A DNA stretch of 40,546 nucleotides from IMG/VR virus record IMGVR_UViG_3300043036_000115, positions 1-40,546 of that record. One strand, written 5' to 3'. Numbering within the stretch: position 1 is the first letter of the stretch; each line of letters starts with the position of its first letter. Shown here in pieces: positions 1 to 8,841 of the stretch. The stretch comes from a virus. Taxonomy: Duplodnaviria > Caudoviricetes. Below the pieces are notes generated by a model that saw only the letters and a list, made by a program, of their open reading frames with translations, made no database searches and was not told the DNA's origin. The translations under genes were made by a program, and so were the position numbers.

Positions 1-158
1 AACGAAAAAAGATTTGACGTTATCCATTATGCAACGTTTAAAAAGGTTATTCATGGTTAGAGTGTTACACCCCCTAGAAATGGGTGAAAACTACTTCCCG
101 TGGTTGTTTGCAGATCACGGGAATTTATTTGACAACATCGGGCAGGCGATTAATTTTA
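1..158. repeat. Terminal overlap, copy 1 (matches 40389-40546)
   Basis: Nt 1-126 are identical to 40389-40514; mismatches only at 127/40515, 130/40518 and 148/40536. Confidence 0.97.
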
Positions 159-220
159 TGCAGGGTTACGGGCTAAAAGATTCAGAGATTCAAACTTTTC
201 ACTTTATCAATGAAGATTAA
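53..220 (+). CDS. Hypothetical protein
   Basis: ATG at 53 overlaps the end of the upstream gene across the circular junction (40441-40448 in copy 2); all three repeat mismatches are synonymous in this frame. Confidence 0.7.
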   Translation: MVRVLHPLEMGENYFPWLFADHGNLFDNIGQAINFMQGYGLKDSEIQTFHFINED

Positions 221-237
221 TTATTTTAAATAAGTTC

Positions 238-266
238 TTGACTTACTTAAATAGCAATGTTATAAT
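238..266 (+). promoter_or_regulatory. Sigma-A early promoter
   Basis: TTGACT(238)-17 nt-TATAAT(261) with extended TG; spacer shared with promoters at 2859 and 39169. Confidence 0.85.
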
Positions 267-293
267 TAGTTATACCATTTAGGAGGTAGTAAA

Positions 294-581
294 ATGAAAA
301 AAGAATTGTTGGTTAAAAGAGAGATGGCGAAACAAATTGCGATGCAGTGTCTAAAGCTGAACAGCATCGGTGATGAAATGCAAGGTGGCTATGGTCCAGC
401 CGTTTGGTTTGAACTAGAACCACACGTTGGATCGATAACAGTAAGAGTTCTTAAAAACGGTTGGATTAAAGACAGTAACGACGACGACAACGACCCTGAT
501 TATAACATAACATTATGGGACTTTTCAGATCTGAACGATTATCAGATCTGCATGGATTATCTAAAATCATTGGAGGTATAA
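294..581 (+). CDS. Hypothetical early protein
   Basis: AGGAGG RBS at 281; 95-aa ORF. Confidence 0.8.
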   Translation: MKKELLVKREMAKQIAMQCLKLNSIGDEMQGGYGPAVWFELEPHVGSITVRVLKNGWIKDSNDDDNDPDYNITLWDFSDLNDYQICMDYLKSLEV

Positions 582-583
582 AA

Positions 584-1084
584 ATGAAATTGTATGAAAT
601 TAATGAACAAATTGAATCGTTGTTGAGCCGCGAAGTTATTGACATTGAAACTGGCGAGGTTTTAGACGACAATGGTTTTGAAGAACTGAAATCACTTGAA
701 GCTGAAAGAGATTTAAAACTTGAAAATATCGGCTTGTTTATAAAAAATCTTGACGCTGATGTACTGGCAATTAAGGAAGAAGAAAAGAAGCTTGCAGACC
801 GCCGAAAAGTAAAAGAAAACAAAGTAAAAAGCGTTAAGCAGTTCTTGTCTGATTACTTGCAAATTGAAAACCTTAAAAAGTTTGAAACGGCTAAAATTAA
901 GTTAAGTTTTAGAAAGTCAGAATCGGTTAACGTAACGGTAGCAGCTGAAAAGTTACCGTCTGAATACTACAAAGAAAAAACAGAGTACACGGCCAATAAG
1001 ATTGAGATTAAAAAAGCATTGAAAGCAGGCGTTGAGATTTCCGGCGCTGAATTGGTTGAGTCGAACAATTTGCAAATAAAATAG
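584..1084 (+). CDS. Siphovirus Gp157-family protein
   Basis: MKLYEI start after GGAGG; coiled-coil; C-terminal SFRKSESV...IKKALKAG.EISGAELVE..NLQIK pattern. Confidence 0.85.
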   Translation: MKLYEINEQIESLLSREVIDIETGEVLDDNGFEELKSLEAERDLKLENIGLFIKNLDADVLAIKEEEKKLADRRKVKENKVKSVKQFLSDYLQIENLKKFETAKIKLSFRKSESVNVTVAAEKLPSEYYKEKTEYTANKIEIKKALKAGVEISGAELVESNNLQIK

Positions 1085-1124
1085 CGGGCTTATTGCCCGT
1101 TAGAATTTGAGGAGGTAGAAGAAA

Positions 1125-1355
1125 ATGAGATATAAATATTATGTAGTTTACAACTATTACAAACTAACCGGCGATGGCGTTGGCTGCATGTGCCATGAAC
1201 GAGGTGATAAATTAGATAGCATTGAAAAAATAATCAGTTTGCAGGCTAGTGTTTTAGAAAATGCAAAAAAAGAAAACCAAACAATCAATCAAGTAATTAT
1301 CACAAATTTCATTTTAATTGATGAATTTGAGGAAGGTGAAGAAAATGAAATTTAG
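1125..1355 (+). CDS. Hypothetical protein (paralog of 11683-11916)
   Basis: RBS; shares YYVVY and TNF..IDE motifs with the paralog. Confidence 0.75.
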   Translation: MRYKYYVVYNYYKLTGDGVGCMCHERGDKLDSIEKIISLQASVLENAKKENQTINQVIITNFILIDEFEEGEENEI

Positions 1356-2043
1356 ATTGTTAAACGCTGACGAAATCGAGTGCAGGGTTTCAACCGTAAG
1401 CGAAAAAGGATTATCATTATTGCTTTACAAGGATGCCCGGGCCGATATGAATTTGCTAGATGAAACAGTCGGCCCGATGAATTGGCAAAGGTCGCATACT
1501 AGAGACAACGCCAACTGTATTGTTAGTATATGGGATGATATAAAAAATCAATGGGTGTCGAAAGAGGACACCGGTACAGAATCATTTACCGAAAAGGAAA
1601 AGGGTTTGGCATCAGACAGCTTTAAACGTGCCTGTTTTAATTGGGGTATTGGCCGAGAGCTATACACAGCACCGAAGTTAATATGGATAATGGCATCTGA
1701 TATTAAATTCGCAGAGAAAAATGGGAAAAAGACAACGTATGATAAATTTATCGTTAAATCAATAGGATATACCGACAAGGGAATTATTAACACGCTTGAA
1801 ATTGAAAATACAAGAAGCCGTAAAACAGTTTACCAGATGAAATCGACAGCTACACCAGTACCGGAAAAGCTAATTGATAAACCACAACAAGACCAGTTGT
1901 TGAACTTGATTTTAGAAACTAATTCGGACCCGGCGGCGATGCTTACAAAGTTCAAAGTGTCTGACGTTGCCGAATTAACAGAAACACAGTTTAAAATTGC
2001 CATGAAAAATTATTTAAAAAAGAAAGAGGTATCACATGAATAA
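1345..2043 (+). CDS. Rad52/Rad22-like (Sak-type) single-strand annealing protein
   Basis: YKDAR.DM..LDETVG..NWQ and EKG.ASDSFKRA...WGIGRELY motifs; lies between Gp157 and SSB. Confidence 0.85.
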   Translation: MKFRLLNADEIECRVSTVSEKGLSLLLYKDARADMNLLDETVGPMNWQRSHTRDNANCIVSIWDDIKNQWVSKEDTGTESFTEKEKGLASDSFKRACFNWGIGRELYTAPKLIWIMASDIKFAEKNGKKTTYDKFIVKSIGYTDKGIINTLEIENTRSRKTVYQMKSTATPVPEKLIDKPQQDQLLNLILETNSDPAAMLTKFKVSDVAELTETQFKIAMKNYLKKKEVSHE

Positions 2044-2467
2044 AGCAGTAATTGTAGGCCGATTAGTTAGAGATCCTGACGTTAGAGCGTTAAACGACGG
2101 TAAAACAGTTTCAAATTTCACGGTGGCAGTTGACCGCCGTTTTAAAAACAAGAACGGCGAAAAAGAAGCGGATTTTATACCTGTAGTAGTTTTTGGAAAG
2201 CCAGCCGAGTTTGTAGCAGAGTACGTGAAAAAAGGTAACATGGTATCAGTGGCCGGTAGAATCACCACCGGAAGTTATGACAACAAAGAGGGTAAAAAAG
2301 TTTATACCACCGAAATAACAGCAGATGAAGTTAATTCCATTGGTAGCAAAAAAGATAATCAAGCCGGAACAGATTCAGAATCACAACAACAAGATAGTAA
2401 ATTATCTGTTATGGATTTAGACGAAGATTTTTCATTGATGGCAGATGACGACGACATACCATTCTAA
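2036..2467 (+). CDS. ssb: Single-stranded DNA-binding protein
   Basis: MNKAVIVGRLVRDP, EADFI, acidic C-terminal DDDIPF. Confidence 0.97.
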   Translation: MNKAVIVGRLVRDPDVRALNDGKTVSNFTVAVDRRFKNKNGEKEADFIPVVVFGKPAEFVAEYVKKGNMVSVAGRITTGSYDNKEGKKVYTTEITADEVNSIGSKKDNQAGTDSESQQQDSKLSVMDLDEDFSLMADDDDIPF

Positions 2468-2568
2468 AAAGTAACACATATATCAAAATTAAGCCATGAG
2501 AGCCTGTTTTAAGCCTTAAAACTTAAAACAGGCAATATTATAAGGATAATAAATAAAACAAACGAGAG

Positions 2569-2808
2569 GTGCGCATATTGGATAAAACAGAATACTACAC
2601 ATCAAAGCAAGCTGCCGAGATTTTAGGCATCCACAAACAGACCGTAGCAAAGTGGATTAAGTCCAGCAAGCTTGCAAGCGTAAAAATAGGCGGTGGCCGC
2701 TGGTCCAGAAAGATACCACGCTCAGAAATCGAACGTCTGGCCAGCGAACAAACGGCGTGGGCTGATGGAGTACGGGAACGGATGGAAGCAGAGGATAAGC
2801 ATGGATAA
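2569..2808 (+). CDS. Excisionase/MerR-like HTH (HTH_17-type) DNA-binding protein
   Basis: YTSKQAAEILGIHKQTVAKWIKS.KL...KIG....RKIPRSEI. Confidence 0.85.
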   Translation: MRILDKTEYYTSKQAAEILGIHKQTVAKWIKSSKLASVKIGGGRWSRKIPRSEIERLASEQTAWADGVRERMEAEDKHG

Positions 2809-2858
2809 AACCTTGTTTTTTTTATTTCAAACTATTTAAAACTATTTCAAATAACCTC

Positions 2859-2887
2859 TTGACTTATTTAAAATAAGGTGCTATAAT
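2859..2887 (+). promoter_or_regulatory. Sigma-A early promoter
   Basis: TTGACT(2859)-17-TATAAT(2882), extended TG; preceded by three TATTTNAAA units at 10-nt spacing. Confidence 0.85.
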
Positions 2888-2920
2888 GAGTTATAAAATA
2901 AATTAAAGGATGGTAACGAA

Positions 2921-3109
2921 ATGAGACTAGAAAGATACATTGGTAGCAGTTTTTACTTTGTTGTTTTTGAAAAAGGAAACCACGTTTTAAAAATTGCAAA
3001 TGACTGCGAAGGCGTAGAAAACGAAATAATTTCTTTTGGACATTTTGAAATATGCCTTGAAAAATTAAACGAAATAGAGTCATCTTATTACGATTCTTTT
3101 TATTTATAA
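2921..3109 (+). CDS. Hypothetical protein (own promoter and terminator)
   Basis: 62-aa ORF with AAGGA RBS, bracketed by the 2859 promoter and 3143 terminator. Confidence 0.75.
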   Translation: MRLERYIGSSFYFVVFEKGNHVLKIANDCEGVENEIISFGHFEICLEKLNEIESSYYDSFYL

Positions 3110-3142
3110 AATATAATTTAATAGCAAAGCGATCAGTAAATT

Positions 3143-3166
3143 AGAAGCCTAGCGGCTTCTTTTTTT
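3143..3166 (+). terminator. Rho-independent terminator
   Basis: AGAAGCC-TAGC-GGCTTCT followed by a T-run. Confidence 0.85.
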
Positions 3167-3188
3167 ACAAACTTTTAAAAATTAAGTG

Positions 3189-3217
3189 TTGACACTTTGT
3201 GGCTAGGGTGGTATAAT
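3189..3217 (+). promoter_or_regulatory. Sigma-A promoter of the replication operon
   Basis: TTGACA(3189)-17-TATAAT(3212) with extended TG: perfect consensus. Confidence 0.9.
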
Positions 3218-3244
3218 TGTGACATAAGTAAGGAGGTGGGAAAC

Positions 3245-3418
3245 ATGATGACAACTAAAGAACTCGCTAAGTATTTGCAGGTACACGAAAACACGATAGG
3301 CCGTTACGTTAAAAAAGGAATGCCATGCGTGAAGCTAGAAAAGGCGATCCGATTCGATCTTGACGATGTTTTGAGATGGATTAAAGAACAGAGCGAAAAA
3401 GAAAAGAAAGGCGAATAA
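3245..3418 (+). CDS. Small HTH_17/excisionase-like DNA-binding protein
   Basis: AAGGAGG RBS; MTTKELAKYLQVHENTI....KKGMP......IRFD.DDV..W. Confidence 0.85.
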   Translation: MMTTKELAKYLQVHENTIGRYVKKGMPCVKLEKAIRFDLDDVLRWIKEQSEKEKKGE

Positions 3419-4279
3419 ATGGCAAATAGACGGATGTTTTCACAAACAATAATTGACAGTGATGCGTTTTTAGATATGCCGTCAAGTACGCAGGTTTTAT
3501 ATTTTCATCTTTCAATGCGGGCTGATGATGAGGGTTTTGTTAATAACCCAAAGAAAATACAAAGGATGATCGGATGCAATGACGATGATATGAAATTGCT
3601 TATACTCAAAAGATTTATTCTTTTATTTGAAAGCGGCGTTATTGTTATTAAACACTGGAAGATACACAATTGCATAAGAAAAGATAGGCTAGTTGAAACA
3701 TCATACCAAGAAGAAAAGGCTTTGCTATACGAAAAAGAAAACCTTGCTTACACGCTTGATAAGACTAAAGCTAAAGACACCGCAACCATATGTCAACCAA
3801 GTGACAACCAAGTGACAACCAATAGTCAACCAGATGGGAGCATAGGTAAGGATAGTATAGGAGAGGATAGGTTAGGTAAGGATAGTATAGTAAAAGATAA
3901 TGCCGTTAATGATTTCTTTGAATCAATTTGGAGGTTGTACCCGAACAAGAAAAGTAAAACGGCTGTAACGGCAAAAGCTAAAAAAGAATTGCAAAAATAC
4001 AGCTATGAAGAAATAGTGAGAGCAATAGAGCGTTATGAGCACGAGGTTAATGCTTGCAATTACGAGCGTGATTTTATGCACGGCTCAACATTTTTTAACG
4101 GCCGATACATTGATTATCTAGACGAAAACTTTGAAGAAGAAGTAAAGCCTAAAAGCAATAAAAAAGAAGATCCAATTTTTAAGATGATAAAAGGAGAAGT
4201 TGATGAACAGAGAAGAAACGGCGAAATTAATCGGGATGATCAGAGGTGCCTACCCATGGCAGACGAATATCCATTCTGA
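3419..4279 (+). CDS. Phage replication initiator / replisome organizer
   Basis: N-terminal RRMFS..IIDSDAFLDMP.STQ.LYFHL.MRADD.GF; internal iterons; C-terminal FE..W.LYP.K...HGSTFFN..Y.DYL domain. Confidence 0.9.
   Translation: MANRRMFSQTIIDSDAFLDMPSSTQVLYFHLSMRADDEGFVNNPKKIQRMIGCNDDDMKLLILKRFILLFESGVIVIKHWKIHNCIRKDRLVETSYQEEKALLYEKENLAYTLDKTKAKDTATICQPSDNQVTTNSQPDGSIGKDSIGEDRLGKDSIVKDNAVNDFFESIWRLYPNKKSKTAVTAKAKKELQKYSYEEIVRAIERYEHEVNACNYERDFMHGSTFFNGRYIDYLDENFEEEVKPKSNKKEDPIFKMIKGEVDEQRRNGEINRDDQRCLPMADEYPF
3791..3890. repeat. Iterons / probable replication origin inside the initiator gene
   Basis: About four copies of an ~11-nt GT(G/C)ACAACCAA-like unit (3791-3832), then a repeated TAGGTAAGGATAGTATAG block (3843-3890). 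Confidence 0.75.
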
Positions 4280-4496
4280 AGAAGTGGCGGCAATGATGCT
4301 TAATCTATGGCATGACATTTTTAAGGATTACGAGCCTAAGCACGTATTTAATGCGGCTATATATGTAATCAAGCACGATACATCTGGTTTTGTGCCATCA
4401 ATCGGCGTATTCGTCCAGAGAACAGAGGTTGAAAAAGAACGGCCGGTATATACTCAAGAAGAACGTGACCGGGTTAAACGGATTAAAGCACAATGA
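4203..4496 (+). CDS. Replicative helicase loader/inhibitor (SPP1 G39P-like)
   Basis: MNREETAKLI..I..AYP...LW...F.DY....V..A......F.PSIG; follows the initiator. Confidence 0.75.
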   Translation: MNREETAKLIGMIRGAYPWQTNIHSEEVAAMMLNLWHDIFKDYEPKHVFNAAIYVIKHDTSGFVPSIGVFVQRTEVEKERPVYTQEERDRVKRIKAQ

Positions 4497-6253
4497 GTTA
4501 CGAACTTGACAGCAATGACATTTTAACATTTGCTGATACGATTAACGGCCATAAAAAAGAAAAGGGCGATGAATTATGGTTTGAGCATTGCCCGTATTGC
4601 GGTAACGATTCAAAAGATACCTATACATTTTCGGTCAACAAGAAAACAGGGGCTTTCAATTGTTTCCGGGCATCGTGTTCAAAGCAAGGGCATTTCGTAG
4701 AGTTGGCCAGAGATTTTGATTTTAAGCTTGATTTTAACGACGGCCGGGGGGATAAAGAATATAAGATCATACCAGCTAAAGAAATTATTGTTAGGGATGA
4801 AGCGGTTGAGTATTTACAGACTAGAGGTATCTCAAAGCGAACGGCTGAAAGATATAAGATCACAACGCAGCAGAAAAACAAAAATATACTGGTGTTCCCG
4901 TTTTATAACATGGCCGGACAAATTGAGTTTGTGAAGTATCGAAATATGAAGCACGTCAAAGGGCAAGGCTCAAAGGAGTGGGCGGAGACCGGGATGCGGC
5001 CGATATTGTTCGGAATGAAGCAATGCAATATGAGCGAAAAAACGTTGGTGATCTGTGAGGGTCAAATTGATAGTTTATCCGTTGCGGAGTGTGGTATTGA
5101 AAACGTGGTAAGCGTTCCAATCGGTGCGACGGCGTTTACGTGGATAGAAAACTGCTGGGAATGGCTGGAAAACTTTAACGATGTAATTGTTTTTGGTGAC
5201 AATGAAAATGGCAAAATGACACTGTTAAACGAGATAGAAAAGCGATTGCCGGCCAGAGTAAGGGCTGTTAATATTGACGATTATTTCGGGGAAAAAGATG
5301 CAAATGCGATACTGATGAAGTATAAAGAGGGCGCAATAATAAGCGCCATCGGAAACGCTAAGGCATTGCCTGTTAAAAGCGTTAAAGATTTGTCAGAGGT
5401 TGAACACGTAAGCGACCACGATCGGCCGAAGATTAAAACGAATATTAAAGAGATTGACCGGGCTTTAGGTGGTGGGATGCGGTTTGGTGAGTTGGTTATC
5501 TTAACTGGTAAATGTGGCGATGGTAAAAGTACATTCATGAGCCAGTTAATACTTGAAGCACTAGAGCAAAACTACAATTGCTTTGCATACTCCGGGGAAC
5601 TTGCTGATTTCCAGTTCAAACAATGGCTAGACCTTCAATCAGCCGGGGCGCATAACCTGGAATATAGCACGAACGAATATGGAGATGATGTTTATTTTTT
5701 AAATCCGAATATCGTTAAATCAATCAATAAGTGGTATAAAGGTCGGGTTTTTCTATACGACAATGAAATCATTGACCGGAAAGAAAACGAGACTGAAAAG
5801 CTGCTGAAAACCATCGAAAAGATGATCAGGCGTTATGATACAAAGTTTATCTGCCTTGACAACTTAATGACGGCCGTTGATGTAATGGCCGGTGATAAGA
5901 TTTACTCTTTACAGGGTGAGTTTGTTGATAAGCTGAAAAAGATATGTAAAAAATATCAAGTTGTTATTGTATTGGTTGCCCATCCTAAAAAAACAAAGGA
6001 TGAATTGGGGAATGATGATGTTAGTGGTAACTCTGATGTTACGAAATTAGGTGACGTGGTTGTGACGTATTCGAGGGATGAAGATAACGAATCAATCTAT
6101 GATAGCCTGTTAGGGATCACAAAAAACAGAGTAGGTGGAACAGTGGCAAAAGGAAAGAACCGGATTAAATTGCTGTATTGTTCAGCATCGAAGCGTATAT
6201 CTGGGGAAAGTGAAAATAAACGGGCATACGGTTGGGAAAAATATTTAAAGTGA
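4493..6253 (+). CDS. Bifunctional DNA primase-helicase (Zn finger + TOPRIM + SF4 helicase; T7 gp4/Twinkle-like)
   Basis: CPYC...CFRASC zinc finger; EGQIDSLS and GDNDENG TOPRIM motifs; Walker A GKCGDGKST; LDNL and LVAHP helicase motifs. Confidence 0.92.
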   Translation: MSYELDSNDILTFADTINGHKKEKGDELWFEHCPYCGNDSKDTYTFSVNKKTGAFNCFRASCSKQGHFVELARDFDFKLDFNDGRGDKEYKIIPAKEIIVRDEAVEYLQTRGISKRTAERYKITTQQKNKNILVFPFYNMAGQIEFVKYRNMKHVKGQGSKEWAETGMRPILFGMKQCNMSEKTLVICEGQIDSLSVAECGIENVVSVPIGATAFTWIENCWEWLENFNDVIVFGDNENGKMTLLNEIEKRLPARVRAVNIDDYFGEKDANAILMKYKEGAIISAIGNAKALPVKSVKDLSEVEHVSDHDRPKIKTNIKEIDRALGGGMRFGELVILTGKCGDGKSTFMSQLILEALEQNYNCFAYSGELADFQFKQWLDLQSAGAHNLEYSTNEYGDDVYFLNPNIVKSINKWYKGRVFLYDNEIIDRKENETEKLLKTIEKMIRRYDTKFICLDNLMTAVDVMAGDKIYSLQGEFVDKLKKICKKYQVVIVLVAHPKKTKDELGNDDVSGNSDVTKLGDVVVTYSRDEDNESIYDSLLGITKNRVGGTVAKGKNRIKLLYCSASKRISGESENKRAYGWEKYLK

Positions 6254-6262
6254 GGTAGAAAG

Positions 6263-6427
6263 ATGGAAAAGAAATATGAATATATGCCGTACTCATTTAG
6301 ATTACGTGAGTATGAATATGAAAAGAAAAAGTTAATTGACAAATGTTTGAGTTGCGATGATTATGAAAAAGCAGTTCGTGAATTAGCAGAAACGCTGGAT
6401 ATTCAGGAGGTAGAAAGATGTTATTAA
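6263..6427 (+). CDS. Small hypothetical protein (54 aa, not in ORF track)
   Basis: GAGGT RBS; reads MEKKYEYMPYSFRLREYEYEKKKL... Confidence 0.6.
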   Translation: MEKKYEYMPYSFRLREYEYEKKKLIDKCLSCDDYEKAVRELAETLDIQEVERCY

Positions 6428-6810
6428 TAAAAAATATTGAAACTTTGAAAATAAAAAAAGTAAAGCAATTTGCTGTTAATTTTGAAATTGATGGTGTTTC
6501 TTATTTAATTCATGATAATTCTGAGTCATATGAAAAGTGTTGCGACTTATATAAAAAAGAAACATTCGAAAACGGAAAATATAAATTAACTTTTATAACA
6601 GATTCGCGTTATAGTGTATCTGGTATTATGCCATACATGAAACCAGGTAAAACATATAATAGCATAAATAAATATGAGTTTATATTTAATATGCAAAAGG
6701 CAAAACTTTTAAAATCCACAAGCGATGCCATTAGATTGCTACAATCACAAGATGAAAATAGAATTAATTTATTAGGTAAAATATCCGAAATTGAAAGGAT
6801 GTTAAAATGA
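6418..6810 (+). CDS. Hypothetical protein
   Basis: AGGAGG RBS; 130 aa, AT-rich. Confidence 0.75.
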   Translation: MLLIKNIETLKIKKVKQFAVNFEIDGVSYLIHDNSESYEKCCDLYKKETFENGKYKLTFITDSRYSVSGIMPYMKPGKTYNSINKYEFIFNMQKAKLLKSTSDAIRLLQSQDENRINLLGKISEIERMLK

Positions 6811-7025
6811 ATCACATGGACAAAATTTTAAATATTTTTAACGTTGAAGTCGGACAAAGATTTAATATCATAGATAGGCCATACAATCCATATTATTTTG
6901 ATGAAAGGTTTTATTTGATTGATTGTGCTGGTGGTGTTAATAAGGTTTTTTTACTAAATGATTTAATTTATGGTGTTTACGAAATAGAAAGGATAAAAGA
7001 TGATGATAAAACCGTTAAAGTATAA
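6807..7025 (+). CDS. Hypothetical protein (paralog of the N-terminus of 7185-7583)
   Basis: MNHMDKILNIFNVEVGQRFNI..PYNPYYFDE versus MNYMPKVLEMLGVEVDIPFNV...NPYLFDE. Confidence 0.75.
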   Translation: MNHMDKILNIFNVEVGQRFNIIDRPYNPYYFDERFYLIDCAGGVNKVFLLNDLIYGVYEIERIKDDDKTVKV

Positions 7026-7173
7026 TTGCTTAATAACAGATGCTATACCGTTTAGTGAGCAAGTTGTGGCAGAGATTGAAAGCATAAATAAAAAAGCAGA
7101 TGAATTTATGATGTATTCAAAAATATGGTATGTTTTTAGTGGGTTGTTGTTGATTATTCAGATTTTACAATAG
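7000..7173 (+). CDS. Small hypothetical protein with hydrophobic C-terminus
   Basis: GAAAGGA RBS; 57-aa ORF filling the gap. Confidence 0.5.
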   Translation: MMIKPLKYNCLITDAIPFSEQVVAEIESINKKADEFMMYSKIWYVFSGLLLIIQILQ

Positions 7174-7184
7174 GAGGTAGAAAG

Positions 7185-7583
7185 ATGAATTATATGCCGA
7201 AGGTTTTGGAGATGTTAGGAGTTGAAGTCGATATTCCATTTAATGTAATAGGTGCGGACTGCAACCCGTATTTATTTGATGAAGAATACAATTTAATTGA
7301 TATGGAATACTATGTTAGAAATGGGCTTATAAGGGGATTAATTATAGGAAGTTTAAGAATCGAAAAACTACCATGGAAACCGAAAGAAGGAGAATACTAT
7401 TATTATGTTGATGTAATGGGTTTAAACGCAGAAACGGAAATCGGAAGATTTACATGGGTTTTTGATGGGTATGATTACTTAAATTTTAATGTTGGTAATT
7501 GTTTTAGAACCGAAGAAGAAATAACGCCAGAAATCAAAGAACGGATTTTACGGGAAATGAAAGGAAAGTACGAAAATGATTAA
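7185..7583 (+). CDS. Hypothetical phage protein
   Basis: AGGAGG RBS; PWKPKEGE.YY and GNCFRT.EE motifs common in Firmicute phage proteins. Confidence 0.8.
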   Translation: MNYMPKVLEMLGVEVDIPFNVIGADCNPYLFDEEYNLIDMEYYVRNGLIRGLIIGSLRIEKLPWKPKEGEYYYYVDVMGLNAETEIGRFTWVFDGYDYLNFNVGNCFRTEEEITPEIKERILREMKGKYEND

Positions 7584-7839
7584 GATTGATATGGAAATGC
7601 CAGAACGGTGTTTAGATTGCCAGTTTAACCATGGGATTATCGAAGGGAGAAAAGTAATAGATGTTTGCTTTTTTACCGGAAATGAAACTGGCGACGTTGT
7701 TGGTAGAAGAAAAGATTGCAAGCTTATTGATAGCGATAAAAGAACATGCGATACTTGTAAGCACTTGAAAGAAAGAAAAGAATACAGGATGTGTGAAGAA
7801 TATGAATGTGATTTTCATTCAAAATGGCAAGCAAAATGA
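7576..7839 (+). CDS. Cys-rich hypothetical protein
   Basis: IKIDMEMP..C..C motif shared with 12680-12880. Confidence 0.75.
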   Translation: MIKIDMEMPERCLDCQFNHGIIEGRKVIDVCFFTGNETGDVVGRRKDCKLIDSDKRTCDTCKHLKERKEYRMCEEYECDFHSKWQAK

Positions 7840-7997
7840 AATACTTTAAAATAAAAATAGACGTGCCGAAAGACTTTGAGCCCGGGCAATGCGAGGTTTG
7901 CCCGTATAGTAATAACCACGATGATCGGCGTGATGGGTATTGTGATTTAGATCCTCACGAACGGGCGTTGTGGTGCATATTGGAGGTGATAGAATGA
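7836..7997 (+). CDS. Small Cys-rich hypothetical protein (53 aa, not in ORF track)
   Basis: ATGA overlaps at both ends; KIKIDVP...C..CPY pattern. Confidence 0.6.
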   Translation: MKYFKIKIDVPKDFEPGQCEVCPYSNNHDDRRDGYCDLDPHERALWCILEVIE

Positions 7998-8257
7998 ATA
8001 TTATTTTAAAAAGTGAAGTTTTAGTTATAAAAGAAATAAAGAAAAAAACAAAAGCAAAAAATCTAGAAACTTTAAAAGTTGGTGATAGCATACAATTGAG
8101 TGTTGATGCTAGTCCGGTAGGAAGGAACAAAGGAACATACGCAGCATACATAAAAATTGAAGATTTGCAGACAGGAAAGTGTAATTATAAATCATTTAAT
8201 CAAATAGGTGATTTGTACAGAACGTTTAGATTTTGCGGTGATGACAGTGAAGAATAA
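7994..8257 (+). CDS. Hypothetical protein
   Basis: GGAGGTG RBS before ATG 7994. Confidence 0.7.
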   Translation: MNIILKSEVLVIKEIKKKTKAKNLETLKVGDSIQLSVDASPVGRNKGTYAAYIKIEDLQTGKCNYKSFNQIGDLYRTFRFCGDDSEE

Positions 8258-8795
8258 CGGGAAAAGGTTTGAGCAGAACATAAGAGCATCATGTCAAAAG
8301 CAGGGGATATTATTTGAACGCTTCATAGACGGTAATAAATTCGGGGGCGGTGGCGTAGATACTATCAGATTTACGCCTGATAGCCCTTGTGACGGGTTTA
8401 TTTACTGGAATGGTAGACTTGTTTATTTAGAACTTAAAACAGCTTGTACGGGGAGTATAAGCTTTAATAACCCGCCTGACATTCAAGACCGCACAAAGGC
8501 TAAACCGTCAATTAAGGCGCACCAGGTTAAAACGCTATTGAACCGGAAAGAGTTTGACGGCGTAGAAGCTGGGTTACTGGTAGAGTTTAGTGACCGGGAA
8601 ACAAAAACACAGGCGATAGCCGGTGGAACGTTTTATATTGATATTGGTGATTTCTTCCTCTGGGCAGTGCATAGCGGGAAAAAATCAATGAACGTGAAAG
8701 ATGCTGAATTAATCGGATTGCCAGTAAGCAAGAAATTAAAAAAGGTAAACGCCGATTATGATATCGAACGGATGTTAAAAGCAATACTTGATTAG
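8241..8795 (+). CDS. RecU-like Holliday junction resolvase (PD-(D/E)xK)
   Basis: GKRFE...SPCD.FIY..G.LVYLELKT...SI...Q. Confidence 0.75.
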   Translation: MTVKNNGKRFEQNIRASCQKQGILFERFIDGNKFGGGGVDTIRFTPDSPCDGFIYWNGRLVYLELKTACTGSISFNNPPDIQDRTKAKPSIKAHQVKTLLNRKEFDGVEAGLLVEFSDRETKTQAIAGGTFYIDIGDFFLWAVHSGKKSMNVKDAELIGLPVSKKLKKVNADYDIERMLKAILD

Positions 8796-8841
8796 TGTAA
8801 AATATCGCACAAAAATAACAAAATATTACCCTTTGTTTTAC

